A stretch of DNA of 64,000 nt, from the NCBI GenBank assembly GCA_964187785.1, contig OZ076409.1:91452001-91516000 (forward strand). Reading direction: 5' to 3'. Positions 26,801 through 37,549 of the stretch are shown piece after piece. The stretch's first letter is position 1. Each line of letters starts with the position of its first letter. Below the pieces are notes generated by a model. The model did no database searches. It had not been told where the DNA came from and saw only the letters and a list, made by a program, of their open reading frames with translations. The position numbers and the translations under genes are program-made. This stretch comes from Amphiscolops sp. MND2022 (lineage: Eukaryota).

Positions 26801-29020
26801 GATGTTTTTTATGAGCTGTTCCGTTGTGTTTGCGGCAATGCCAATGTCATCTACGTATTGTGCACATTGATCGGCTTTAATGACTGAGTCCAGATACTCA
26901 CGCATGAAGCTCGAAAAGGCTGATAGGGCTCTGCTTAGTCCTTGTGCCAGGCGACGGTAGGCGAACGTCCTACTAGCAAAATTAAAAGCAAGTAACTCTA
27001 CTGACCTTTGATCTGCCATTTGAAGGCAGTGATACGCCTGGGAGCAGTCGAGTTTGCAGAATAGTTTTTTCCCTGCTAGGTGTTGTGCCGCATCTGAGAG
27101 GGTGCTGACAGGGTGGTTGTTGTTGATGTAGTCATCTGCTATGAGTGCGTTGATTTTGCGCAGATCCACCAGTAGTCTCAGTTTGCCGTTGGGTTTCCGT
27201 TGTGCAAATATAGGACTGGCGTACTTGGAGAAAGGGAGTGTCGTGATGATGCCGTATTTGTGCATCAGTGCCAGTTCCACTGTTAGGTCTTCTTTGAGGT
27301 TGATCGGGACGGGTAAACTCTGTGTGTAGACTGGTTTGTCGTCCTGTGGTGTTAGGCTGACTTTGAACTGTGTATTCATCCCGATATCTAGTCGGTGTCG
27401 AGCAAAGATGTCATTGAATTCAACAATGGTGTCCTCAAGTTTTTCACGATCTTTGCCCGTAATTAGTGAGTCTGTCCATTTGAACATTGATAGAAATTTG
27501 TTGCGAGAGTCTTCGTTTTCGGTTGGGTCAAGTTTTTCTAGTTCGGCAAGGTCTCGCAGTTCTTTCAGGATTCGCTTTTGTATGGGCGAATGTTCTTGTT
27601 CGTTGCCTGGGTGTTCTGGGGTTGGGAACCAGAATTTTTCTTCATTGTCTTCTGGCCGTTCTACTTGCATTAGTGCGTTGATGTACGTGACTACATCGTC
27701 ATGGTCATTGAGGAGATTCAGGGCGGCAATGTCAACTGCACGGATCATCTTCGTTTCCTCTGGTTTCAGGATTTGCAGTTCAGCCATTTTGGTGTCGTTG
27801 GCTATTGTGTATGGAAAATCCGTGGTGTTGGCGATTTTAATTGGGAGCTTTTTATCTCTAGCTGTTGTAATCGCTGGGGCTACTATTACTTTCGCACATT
27901 CATCGGATTGTGGTAGGGGTTGTATTGTGCCCGTTATTGGGTGCTCAATACTCACAGGGATTGTTGCGTAGATGACTCGGGTAGAGTGTGCTGGGATTGT
28001 ATGCTTGGCTTCGGTCTTTATTGTGATGGGTTTGGGATTGCACTTTTGTCTTTCGTCTGTGAGCGCCATCGTGATTTGAATCTTGGGAAAGTTGATGGTT
28101 CCTTGTGCTGTGTCAAGGATTGCGGCATGCTTTCGTAGAAACGCTAATCCAATTATGGGGAATGACGTTTGATTCATGATGATGAATGTTTCTTCAAAAG
28201 TGTAATCACCTATCTTGAAGCGTAGAGTGTACGTGGCAAGTGGTTGTTCTAGTTCGGCATTGGCGTATTGCACTTTGAAAGGGGGTGGAGGTGCTTTGTT
28301 AATAATGCATTGACTCGCATTTTGGTGGAGTTTTTCAGCATCCCGTTCGCTAATAGCATTAATGTACGCACCTGAGTCGACTAAGGCTTCGATTTTGACA
28401 GTGTTGAATTCGATTGGTAGGAAGAGCATTCTCTTTTTCTTCTTGAGGGCAATTGCAGACATTAACGGGATGTAGTCGTCTTCCTTGTCGTGCTGGATGA
28501 ACTCTTTGATGACATCTAGATCTTCTGGTAGTGTTGGGTGACATTCCGTTATTTCTTCGTCTTCAGCGGCTATTGCTGTGGCTGGCGCGGTTTGTGGTGA
28601 TGACGGGAGCGAAGCGGTGTTTTCTCGCTGTTCTTTTGCTTGTCGTGACCATATTGTTTTGTCTTCAATGCATATGATGTTTTCGGCATCGATCGGTGTG
28701 GACGTGACGGTGACGGGTGCTGTTGGGGACGGTGTTGTTCTTTTTAGGATCGGTGACGGCGGTGACGGTAGGTTTGTGGTCTTCGTGGTTTGAGCTTGAG
28801 GGTTTGAGACTTGTATTTTGAAGGATAGTTTATTTGTATCATAGATGGTTGGTTCATCCCAAGGGTCACATCTGTAGTCTCTGTCATATATATAAATTCG
28901 GTCTGTTTTTGATTCCGGTAACGGTCTTTTGAGTGTCGCGTAGTTATCGGGCGATTCTGTTATCCGCTGGGGTAGTGGTGTTGGATCTTCTGGGTGTCTG
29001 GCGTTATGCCTGAGTATCAT
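23876..29020 (-). CDS. pol: Pol polyprotein (protease, RT, RNase H, integrase)
   Basis: LVDSGA; RLLVDLR; YVDD; TDAS and LTDN; H..H..C..C Zn motif; TDKGSQF; ERTHASLK; WTGPY; 1714 aa uninterrupted. Confidence 0.97.
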   Translation of the reverse strand: MILRHNARHPEDPTPLPQRITESPDNYATLKRPLPESKTDRIYIYDRDYRCDPWDEPTIYDTNKLSFKIQVSNPQAQTTKTTNLPSPPSPILKRTTPSPTAPVTVTSTPIDAENIICIEDKTIWSRQAKEQRENTASLPSSPQTAPATAIAAEDEEITECHPTLPEDLDVIKEFIQHDKEDDYIPLMSAIALKKKKRMLFLPIEFNTVKIEALVDSGAYINAISERDAEKLHQNASQCIINKAPPPPFKVQYANAELEQPLATYTLRFKIGDYTFEETFIIMNQTSFPIIGLAFLRKHAAILDTAQGTINFPKIQITMALTDERQKCNPKPITIKTEAKHTIPAHSTRVIYATIPVSIEHPITGTIQPLPQSDECAKVIVAPAITTARDKKLPIKIANTTDFPYTIANDTKMAELQILKPEETKMIRAVDIAALNLLNDHDDVVTYINALMQVERPEDNEEKFWFPTPEHPGNEQEHSPIQKRILKELRDLAELEKLDPTENEDSRNKFLSMFKWTDSLITGKDREKLEDTIVEFNDIFARHRLDIGMNTQFKVSLTPQDDKPVYTQSLPVPINLKEDLTVELALMHKYGIITTLPFSKYASPIFAQRKPNGKLRLLVDLRKINALIADDYINNNHPVSTLSDAAQHLAGKKLFCKLDCSQAYHCLQMADQRSVELLAFNFASRTFAYRRLAQGLSRALSAFSSFMREYLDSVIKADQCAQYVDDIGIAANTTEQLIKNIRAVFKCIRKAGLKLTIEKCHFGVTQIEFLGRTITPDGVAPQDQKVKNFLSKVRFPKSKKQVQKYIGFVNYYRNYIPRLSEKLIGMYELLKADSKIRISEELVDNFKEINASLAEACGLALRQPIAGKQYVLMTDASFRASGYALMIEENDERKILSKRKTFAPVAFGSRVFSPAQLKMSIYCKEFLAIYHAFLEYSHILWEATIPTLVLTDNRSVTRFFQTKTTPPALWNACDYVLQFKFRIMHVAGSQNTAADFLSRLELTPKEKVQLKLRDDILTSPIEVNLQSSDVADEEQLFFLPDDEDESEQEIFARKALSKRRALDEHERELSTKVTEVIKIPLNSAVYSFSAIKENARIRNEQDADPLLKALKQRISHEEYDKHLLKTEPRGRNLLRHEERIIMKDGVLMRKYYGEDGSVTHNQIIIPKHLVPELLATLHGKTNKHPRIAKMIQECRAKYYFPGLARKIRAWVTSCQDCIANKRIDTRQIRPKMLSNTEFTMGPEDCLEVDILPNLPSSNGYQHIITMMDVFSRYLFAYPTQDMTAKTVARCIIDVMTRHCYLPTVILTDKGSQFRSEVVNQITQTLDIRISHASTKHAQTIGILERTHASLKTSLKISTGERRSMWHKYVQIAVMNYNTSYHESLGCEPTTVFHGRIPYNILDIKLGLKPEWKKDSNDELTDQLQKQISEIHHAAKENLMQSYLKYKQYYDKKATATPLKVNDYCYVLNPKADNQLMKFAFKDCIWTGPYIVVKVLSNNNYVVRRTGTRYTQTLHRIRLRLYAPNQRVPDVTVRREDYLPDPEVKTTHNDWYAQAWETEFGEVLFGNNTENAAEEATVTEIADTTGRNETTTENDVVKTTTNGSTVENDVVQTTTHEATTESDVAQTATNENTAADKTPSDNITSFDLDVSDNPYILTPPPIHSPPKTPELPPIVVGYNPRKVGRYNLRPNPRPNVDPDFRMLNSTTADDLRQTQN

Positions 29021-29094
29021 GCCTACGTTCCAGCGGCGTTGCCAGTCTTGAGTTGGTTCTTCATTACATTCAGTTAAAAAATCTTCTTCATACC

Positions 29095-29173
29095 TGTTTG
29101 GGGGGTCCTCTATCGTGTACGCCCTCGCGTCTACTTTTTCCCCAAATCGTAGGCGCGGCGATTTTAGTTTTTT
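29095..29173 (-). promoter_or_regulatory. -1 ribosomal frameshift signal
   Basis: Slippery A AAA AAC (29173-29167) just before the gag stop; the -1 frame is open into pol; downstream stem whose loop TTTGGGG can pair with CCCCAAA. Confidence 0.8.
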
Positions 29174-30573
29174 GGCTGAGAGGACGTGGTGGGTACAGGT
29201 TGTTCACTGATTTTGTTGGTTGGGATTGTGAATTCTCGTTTCTTCTTCCTGGGGTCATTTACTGCGTTGGCTCCGTTCCAACAATTCTCAGTTTTGTGCA
29301 TCTTGCCACATGTATCACACTTGGGTTTGGGTACTTCGTTTTGGGCTGGGTCTTTTGTGTTTGTTTTGGCGGTATTGTAACGCTCTCGTTGAAGTTTGCG
29401 ACACTGTGCCTTGTAGTGGCCATATTTGCCACAGTGAAAACAATGGCCTCGTTGTTGTTGGTCTTTTTTATGGTCCGTCACTACAGCGTCCACTGTATTG
29501 AGTGGGACTAGGATTGTTTCATCGGGCGCACCTAGTCCGTTTAATCTCATTTCCCTCTCAAGATGTAAAACTATGTCATTGTAGGGTTTATCTTCCAAAT
29601 ATGCTCTGTTGAGGATCTTTTTGACGTGATCCGGCATTTTGGCGTAGATTGCTTTATCAATGAATTTTTGTGCTTCTGAGCCAAATGCTTCTTTTGCAGT
29701 TTTTTGCAGGGTGTCGAGGAACTCATGGAGTTTCTGTTTAGTGGGGTCAAAATGCAGGGCGTCCCACTCACATCTCGCTTTAGCGGATGATTGGAAATCA
29801 CCAAAGCGGCGTTTAAATGCCGTTATGACTTCTTCTAGGTTGTCTTTTTTGGTGTCATCGAGATTACAATACGCTTGTAGTGCGTTTCCTCGTAGGAGTG
29901 AATGAAAGTAGTTGATCTTTTGTATCTCGGTTAGGTGAGGATACATTTTGATATTGTTTCGGAATAGGTCCTCAAAAAGTTCAAACTTTTCGGACTTACC
30001 ATCGAAAACTGGGAGCGAAGCAGTGAGTGCTTTCGGCATCGGAAGTGGATTGGTTGATGGGAATGTCTGTGGTTGTGGGGCGAACAGGATCTTTGATGTG
30101 GAGGGATGGTCTTTTTGTTGTTCGTTGAGTATACGTTGCGTTTTCGGTCGTTTGGTGGGTTGGTTAGTGGAATCATTGAGGACTCCTGTCACCATGTTAC
30201 GACTATTAACCGGTGTTGTTTTAGAACTAGTCGCAGTTTGTGTTTTGACCGGGGTGGACGTTCTCGTTACGGAGATGTTTTCTTGGTCAGAATCAGAATC
30301 TTGTATGTTCGGGTTAACTGAGCGTTTCTTGTTCGTTGGTGCTATTAATTTAAGCATTTCCTTTTGATTTTCGGCTAATATCTTTGTTAGATCAGTCATT
30401 ATCTCTTTCCTCAGAGTTGTTTTTATTTCTTCCAGGTTTTCAAGCTCAAGTCTAGGATTTTTACTAGAACTAGGTATCAGGTTTTCAGTAGAGTTATTTT
30501 CGGTTAAGGAAGCTTCGAAATCTCCTGACACCAATTCAGCTACAGCTTTTCTCTTCTGGCTTCTGGTGGTCAT
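29164..30573 (-). CDS. gag: Gag (469 aa)
   Basis: LPVFDGK capsid-like motif; two CCHC knuckles (CFHCGKYGHYKAQC, CDTCGKMHKTENC). Confidence 0.92.
   Translation of the reverse strand: MTTRSQKRKAVAELVSGDFEASLTENNSTENLIPSSSKNPRLELENLEEIKTTLRKEIMTDLTKILAENQKEMLKLIAPTNKKRSVNPNIQDSDSDQENISVTRTSTPVKTQTATSSKTTPVNSRNMVTGVLNDSTNQPTKRPKTQRILNEQQKDHPSTSKILFAPQPQTFPSTNPLPMPKALTASLPVFDGKSEKFELFEDLFRNNIKMYPHLTEIQKINYFHSLLRGNALQAYCNLDDTKKDNLEEVITAFKRRFGDFQSSAKARCEWDALHFDPTKQKLHEFLDTLQKTAKEAFGSEAQKFIDKAIYAKMPDHVKKILNRAYLEDKPYNDIVLHLEREMRLNGLGAPDETILVPLNTVDAVVTDHKKDQQQRGHCFHCGKYGHYKAQCRKLQRERYNTAKTNTKDPAQNEVPKPKCDTCGKMHKTENCWNGANAVNDPRKKKREFTIPTNKISEQPVPTTSSQPKN
30181..30194 (-). promoter_or_regulatory. Primer-binding site TGGTGACAGGAGTC
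   Basis: Directly follows the 5' LTR and begins TGG, complementary to tRNA CCA; resembles tRNA-Leu-type PBSs. Confidence 0.75.
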
Positions 30574-32454
30574 TTTTTAATGTTAGAAAACGATTCTTCG
30601 GCAATAGATGAATTCTTCGAAGATGGTTTTTGTTCAACGTTGAAACAACGAAAACAGTTTAAGTTTATTACAACTTGCAAAACACAACTAACTAACTTTA
30701 CATGTCTCGTCTAAGTATATATACCTCCTTAGCGTCATTTGTTCCTCACCTAAAAATTCCTAGGAATCGCAAAATCAGGTTTGTTCAACAAAAAGCGCTA
30801 ATGATTCATATCATTTCAGTCCCGCGTCGCAAAAATCAGGCATCAAAATTCCTAGTTGCGTCAGTGTTCCGTAAATTTGTTGAAATCATTTTTGTTCAGG
30901 CAATCCCATTTCCTGTTTAAGTCTCAAAATTGCGGTAAAATAAAAGTCTAGCTTGCATTTTCAACAGCGTAAGTACGCCGGCATGAACAATTAGTCAACT
31001 TTCAATTTGGGAGATTGAGATTCGAAGTAAAAGAATGACTCGCAAAAATTAACGAAATTGAAACGAGGCAAAAGGAATTTTGGACTACGGATATTTGAAT
31101 ATTATTGAGGAACAAGCGACGCTAAGAAAAACATAATGATGATTAATCGGTTAATTTTGTAAACTGAACAACTGCACCAACAGAAAATCCAACTTTGACC
31201 TATACGTGGCCATAACGTAACACGTACGAATTGCAAAGTACAAATAGATAGGGAAGAAATGTATTTGCAGGCAATAATTATTCTGCACTCGATTGGGCTT
31301 CCTATATGAATAAACAGGGCAGGCAATCTGCATCAATAGCACTTGGTTTGGGTTTTGACGTTGACCTTACGTTACGTTCTGTGAAACATTTTAATGATAA
31401 ACAACTAATCACTGAATACATAAACTCTTAATGTAACGTAAGGCACACGTGAATTGAGAAACTATTGCAATAGCACCGTTACTCTTCGATCATAGTTTTA
31501 GTCCCTTCTTACAGTACAACCTTTTACATGTGGACTTGTTTTCAAAAATCCATTAAGTGCGTCGATTCAGAAAAATCCTTATTTGATTTCGGTTTAAACT
31601 AATACTTCACCGCTATTATTTTACGAGTTGTTCCGTACGTATTAAGATTGGTTATAGCTGAACGGCGGAATACAATTTTACAATCCGCCCCGTAGCTGTC
31701 CCGTACGTATTAAGGTTGCTCATAGCTCAGCTATCGAACCAAGCGGAGAGAAAGCGGAGTGCGTAGGTGAATTCATTCTCTCTCTCTTATTCCAATTGGT
31801 GTTGCTAGGGGCAACCGAAATTGCTTCTATTCAACTTAGCTAAGAATAGTTCTATCAATAGAGTGACGTTATTGGTCCGTAGAAGCAAAAATTCCTAATA
31901 TTAGCTCAGTAGATTGGCGTTGCCATAGCGTTGTAAATATTTGCCTAAATCACTTGGCTGTGCTTTAAGTGAATATTGACAACCACTTCATCTCTGGAAA
32001 ACAATTCCGCTCTATTATTTGTCTGTTCCTTTTCATTTTAGATTGTATGAATTCCGTTGGGATCTCGGAATTGAATTTATTTTAATGTTTTCATTTTAGT
32101 GTGGACCAGTGGAAGGAATGATCCCAATTGTAAATGTTCATTTTGGTGTTTAGATTAGTATGACAGAAAATCAGAAGATCATACCGGAAATGAAAAATCT
32201 TATCACGCGCGGAGAATAGTTAACCGGAAGTTTTAGTTAAAAATCATTTCTGAAAAACGCTCCGTAACGTTTACGTTAGGTTTTGTATTCGAGAAATTAT
32301 CTGCAACCGATTTAGCTGTACTGTAAGTAAAATTTAGATCAGTTTAAAATTAAGTTAGTTTAATAGAGTTTACCTAGGCCTTGTCCTCGACCAATTTCGA
32401 AACCAGGTATCCCACTGCAGCAGCTATAATCCCGACCGGGAGCGGGTCGTGACA
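30195..32454 (-). repeat. Gypsy 5' LTR
   Basis: Copy of 16238-18497. On the minus strand: TATA-like at 30716-30723, AATAAA at 30664-30669, gag ATG at 30573. Confidence 0.96.
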
Positions 32455-35184
32455 ATCATATGAAAGTTCCAATACCAATAAGAGTATATGCAGATTTTGA
32501 ATGTATTAATCACGCAGTTTCACAACCCACAAATGACCACGAAGCTGTGGTAGCTATCGCGCCCATAGACAAGTCCAAAGTATTATTTAAACAAATTCCA
32601 ATTGCAGTAGGATTTTATATAATTTCACCATTTGGCAAAAATTACAGCTCATACTTTGGTGAATCGTGTGTATCTTGGTTTGTAAATGAAATGTTGACTT
32701 TAGAAGAATTGGCATCGGAATTTTTCGAAACTAATATTCCCCTTGACGAAGAAGGCGTAGCTTCACAAGAATCATTTCAACAACCTACCATATGCTGGCT
32801 TCGTGAAAATCCACTTGGTGAGGATACAGCTCGAGACCACGATCATCTTACAGGCAAGTACCGAGGAGGAGCTCACAACAGGTGTAATTTAAATTGTAAA
32901 AAAAGGCAAGTTCATTTATTCCCATATTTTCCCACAATTTTAGTGGTTATGATTGCCATCTCATATTTGGAGAACTCTTAATACAAGCTTACAAAATGGG
33001 GTGTGAACCAAAAAGAATCCCAAAATCAATGGAAAATTATGTAAGTGTGGAAGTAGGTTGTTTTAGGGTTTTAGACTCATACCGTTTTCTAAATAGTAGT
33101 TTGGACAAACTAATGAAGAGTAAGCAAAGCGCTGCAAACAGTTTCCCAATAATGGATGAAAATGGTCTTGATGATGAATTATTTAAAAAGAAATTGGCGT
33201 ATCCTTACGAATACCTTAATCTAAGTAATATCCAAGAACCGTTAAATCTAAGTCCAGAAGACTTTTGGTCAACACTAAAACAAACAACTCCAAGTCTTGA
33301 AGAAATTAACCGCACACAAGAAATTATTAAAAAATATGATTTAAAGAATGGACAAGAATTAACTATGTTATACTTAAAAATGGATGTTCTACAACTCACT
33401 GATGTATTCGAAAACTTTGTTGAGAAGTCTACACTTGAATACGGCATCAATCCTTTGTACAGTTACTCTTTACCTGGTTATACATGGAAAGCTGGTTTAA
33501 AACTTACTAATATTAAATTAGATTTCATAAAAGACAAACAGTTATTATTACTACTTGAAAAAAATATTCGCGGAGGAATTTCAAGTGTAACGGGACCTCG
33601 TTACATTGAGTCAAACGAAAATACGAAACTTTTGTACATTGATGCAAATAATCTTTATGGATGGGCAATGAGTCAATTCCTTCCTACTGGAGACTTTAAA
33701 AAGATGTGGTTGTTCGGTTGTGGTGAAGACTACAACAATGATGAATTACTAATTGATGAAATTAAAGAAGACCTTTTGAATACACCAGATAACAATGAAT
33801 TTGGATACTTTATAGAATGAGATTTAGAATATCCAGCAGAAATCAAAGAAAAAACCGAAAACTTTCCACTTTGTCCTTTTCAAACAAAAGCTGATCCAAA
33901 TCTTTTCTCAGAATACATGAACAGTGTAAAACAACCCAATTACAAACCAACCGAGAAACTTATGTGTGACCTAACAAACAAATATAATTATGTGATGCAC
34001 TACAGGATGTTCAAATTTTACATGAATTTGGGGATGAAAGTAACAAAGATTCACTGTGTGTACAGATTCAAACAGTCACTTTGGTTAGAAAAATATATTA
34101 ATCACAACACCCAAAAACGCACCAAAGCAAAAACAAACTTTGAAAAGGATCTCTACAAGCTTATGAATAATGCTTTCTTTGGTAAGACTATGGAAAATGT
34201 AAAAGAAAGAGTTAACATACAAATACTCCGCCACACCAATATTGATCAAATAATAAAAAGGCAATCCAAGTTAAGCTTTAAAGGTATTGTAAACCATTAC
34301 TCCAAATTCAGCGTTTATAAATATGACAAAGAAAAGACTGTCTTTGATAAACCAATTTACTTGGGATTCTCTGTTTTAGAACTGAGTAAATTGTTAATGT
34401 ATGAGTTTTATTATCACAAATTACAACCATACTACAGTTCGAGTGTCAAACTGCATTACATGGATACAGACTCATTCATTCTAAGTATTAAAACTGGAGA
34501 CCTTATAAATGATTTGGAATACTTCAAAGATGATTTTGATTTCAGCGAGCTCGATGAAAGTCATGAGTTGTATGACACTATTAACAAGAAAGGTATAGGT
34601 AAAATGAAAATAGAAACATCACCAATTATTGAATTAGACAACTTCGTAGCTTTGAGATCTAAATCATATTCTTTTAGCTATGGGGCAACACAAAGGACAG
34701 TTCAGAAGGTAACACCAAAAGCAAAACAAAAAGGAATACAACATACACCACCCTACACACAATTTATAAATTCATTATTTAATTCTGAAACAACAACTGC
34801 AACTAATTATTCTATTCGTTCAAATGCTCATAATTTAACTGTTCAGAAGCAAGATAAACTAGTTTTTAATCCTTTTGATGACAATCGTGTGTACTTAAAT
34901 CCAATACAAAGTTTATCATGGGATAAACACGTACAAAGTGGTGATTGTCCTTGTATATATTGTTTGAAATTTGTTGGTTTGTATTATAAAGAATTGAGCA
35001 CTAGTGAAACGGATGATGGGTGCCCTGCAAAGCCCCTCCCAGTTGAAGAAATATACTATAACATTTGGACTCTGAAAGAAAAATTGAATCAACAACGGCT
35101 TTTAAATCTGAAAAGTGATCGGGCCCATTTATTGTGATAACTGGTGTGATAACTGGCGTGACACACACACGCTAATTATAATTA

Positions 35185-35368
35185 TACTATGATCATTCAT
35201 TATCATCATTCATTATCATTATTTATTATCATTTTTATTATCATCATTTATTATCATTATTTATTATCATCGTTTATTATAATTCATCCTTGATTCATCA
35301 TTTATTATCATAATCTGATTTATTAATAAAACATTACGTTAGTTATCACATTATAATTCATCATTCCT
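35185..35368. repeat. (TTATCA/TTCA)-rich low-complexity tract between convergent pPolB and capsid genes
   Basis: Repeated attatcatt/ttatcatc motifs. Confidence 0.7.
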
Positions 35369-35369
35369 C

Positions 35370-36625
35370 TCATATCAAATCAAAATGCCTTTGTCCATCA
35401 CTACTAATGGAAATTATTTTGGGTGTTAGGACTAGGGCATAAGCTATATAGTCTGCTACATCAGTGGCAGCATTAACTTTAAATTCTAAACGGATTGGTT
35501 GACTCGCAATGTGATCTTTTTGTTTGCTGAGGTCAAATACATAAAAATTATTATTTTTTCTGAATTTGTGCAAATCAATGAAGGGGTTGAGTAAGTTAGT
35601 TTCACTTTTTAACTGATAAAAGTTTTCAATTTCACTGTATGCTTGATCATATTTGTCGTGGTCGTAATGACATTCTATTCCATCATCGGGATATTTTTCT
35701 GATCCTACTTTACAAACAGCATTACTAATTGGCAACCGGTCAAACACTGCATTATCATGTGTTTGTGAATCAATTTTATTTCTAGCTTGAAATCCAACAA
35801 TCACAAAAATTGGAGTCGATGTTCCTGAATTGCCTAACTCAAATGTCCAATTGTTATTGGTGTTAACATCTTTTCTAAAGACGGTATAAAACGTCTCGTA
35901 CGATCGGTATAAAACAACTCGGTTGGGTCTTTATTTAGAATTTGGTTCATTACAAGTTGTTGGTTTCATAAGCTAGGAACATAGTGTGGAATATACCAAG
36001 AAATGTCTTTAATATCTATTTTTGCAGCACTAACTGCATTGGCCCTTAAAATCGCGTCATTGTTAGTGTTCCGTTTTAACGTAAGAGTGTAGCCCAACCC
36101 ATAAGTTATTTTGTATTGATCAGCAAATCCAAACAAGTCTTTTAGTTTTATTCTCACAAAAAAGGTTCCTTCCTCATTTTTGTTGTTTGTTAGTTCTTGT
36201 CTTCTGATAGTAGTACTTTCTTCAAACCCATACAATAACTGGGAAGTTTGACTACCACTTGTCAAAAGTTTATACATTAAAGAGATAGGGTGCACGTTGT
36301 CAACTTTTTCCAAGTGTTTCCCACTAGAACTTGTTAATTTGGCTTCACTAAACAGAGAGATTGGCCCAAAGTTAACCAAGCTTATTTCATCACCGTTGGT
36401 ATATCTTGTATTATCGTTTTTAAGTACTTCAAAATCTAATGAGATGTATGAGTTCTGTAAACATATGTATGCATCTTCTCTTGGCAAACTGACACTTATA
36501 CTTGAGTTTGTGTTATTGACTGTCGCTAAACTACTAGGTGAGTATTTAATGAAATCAATTTTATGAATAGATCTTTCAAGAGTGTATTTAATTTTTAAAG
36601 AAAACATTGATTCCAAAGCGTCCAT
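35370..36625 (-). pseudogene. Polinton-A major capsid protein, frameshifted
   Basis: Fragments 35966-36625 and 35370-35804; SLFSEAKL and FYVFDLSKQ..IRLEF motifs typical of Polinton MCP; overall length fits ~420 aa. Confidence 0.7.
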
Positions 36626-36756
36626 TTATAATAAACATTTTTGTAAAACTACGTGGAACACTACATGGAACACTACTCAAACTTGTGGAAAATATTCATA
36701 CTTTCTAACGTTTTGTTGTTAGAGTCAAAGTTGAATATGCTTCTTAAAAGTTCTTG

Positions 36757-37527
36757 TTAATAGTATTTTCCTTGAATAATTTCTCCATTTTCATCATTTA
36801 GAGTGTATGTTACTGGTTTTGTTTTGTTGATGTTGTGTATTTTAAAAAGTTCTCTATTCCAATTTGTTGTATAACCTTTTGAATAAATGTTCCTTTTGTC
36901 AGGAACTCTTACATAGTCTCCCACATGAAATTTGGGTTGTTTCGGTTTATTAACAAAGGTAGGTGGATCTATTGGTTTTTTATTCGCTTCAAAAAGTGTC
37001 ATTTTGGTTGTGGTATGGACACGATTATTATTCTTTTGTAAAGCAGCATCAAGGTGATTCAACCAGTTACTTTTACCTTCAATGTACATTGGTTCTTTGA
37101 TTAAGTCCAAAAGTGTTCTATTGAAACGTCCAACAAAAACAGCCTTCAAATCTGAATTAGTTGAATAAATTTGAATGTTTTGCTCGTTTAAGTAGTGTAA
37201 AAATGTTGTGTTGTAAAACTCTTTACCTCTATCACTCCACACTTTTTGTGGTTTTCTTTTACTAGTTTCCAATAAATCCTTGAATGCAGCAGTTGTACTT
37301 TTTCCTGATTTATCTTTAAGAGGAATCGCCCATGCATATTTGGTATGATTGTCAATTATTGTGAATATAAATTTGTAGTTTTTGTTGTATTTTGCTAAGC
37401 TAGACCTGTCTATCAAATCAATACTCCAACATTCATCTTTATAGTGAGTTTGTATTTGAATTCTTTGAAACTTCTTGATTACAGGAGAAAATATTTCTTT
37501 AACAGTTTCTTTCTTATTTTGATTCAT
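36757..37527 (-). pseudogene. Polinton-A retroviral-like integrase
   Basis: WSIDLID, IDNHTKYAWAIPLK, WSDRGKEF. The third catalytic residue reads G (VGRFNRTL instead of ERFNRT), and there is a premature stop. Confidence 0.88.
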
Positions 37528-37549
37528 TTATAACAATTTTTATAAATAA

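Larger units (their letters stand above)
16238..32454 (-). mobile_element. Ty3/Gypsy LTR retrotransposon, 16.2 kb, young and apparently intact
   Basis: Two 2260-bp LTRs in which I found 4 mismatches by eye; 5-bp TSD ATCAT (16233-16237 / 32455-32459); PBS; PPT-like AAGAGGGG; open gag and pol with domain order PR-RT-RH-IN. Confidence 0.97.
15030..35137 (+). pseudogene. Protein-primed family B DNA polymerase (pPolB), split by the Gypsy insertion at 16238-32454
   Basis: N-terminal Zn fingers, EGSG, IKNDDQFCFLWC. Removing the insertion joins ...KFEDYH|MKVPIPIRVYADFE (ExoI). Also RDHDHLTGKYRG..HNRCNL, YIDANNLYGWAMS, KLMNNAFFGK, YMDTDS; several stops and frameshifts; start approximate. Confidence 0.93.

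Noticed and set aside
23943..30367. Plus-strand ORFs opposite gag/pol
   Set aside because: Shadow frames of the long coding sequences.
16238..32454. Assembly duplication of 2.26 kb
   Set aside because: TG..CA termini, TSD, PBS and a few mismatches identify true LTRs.
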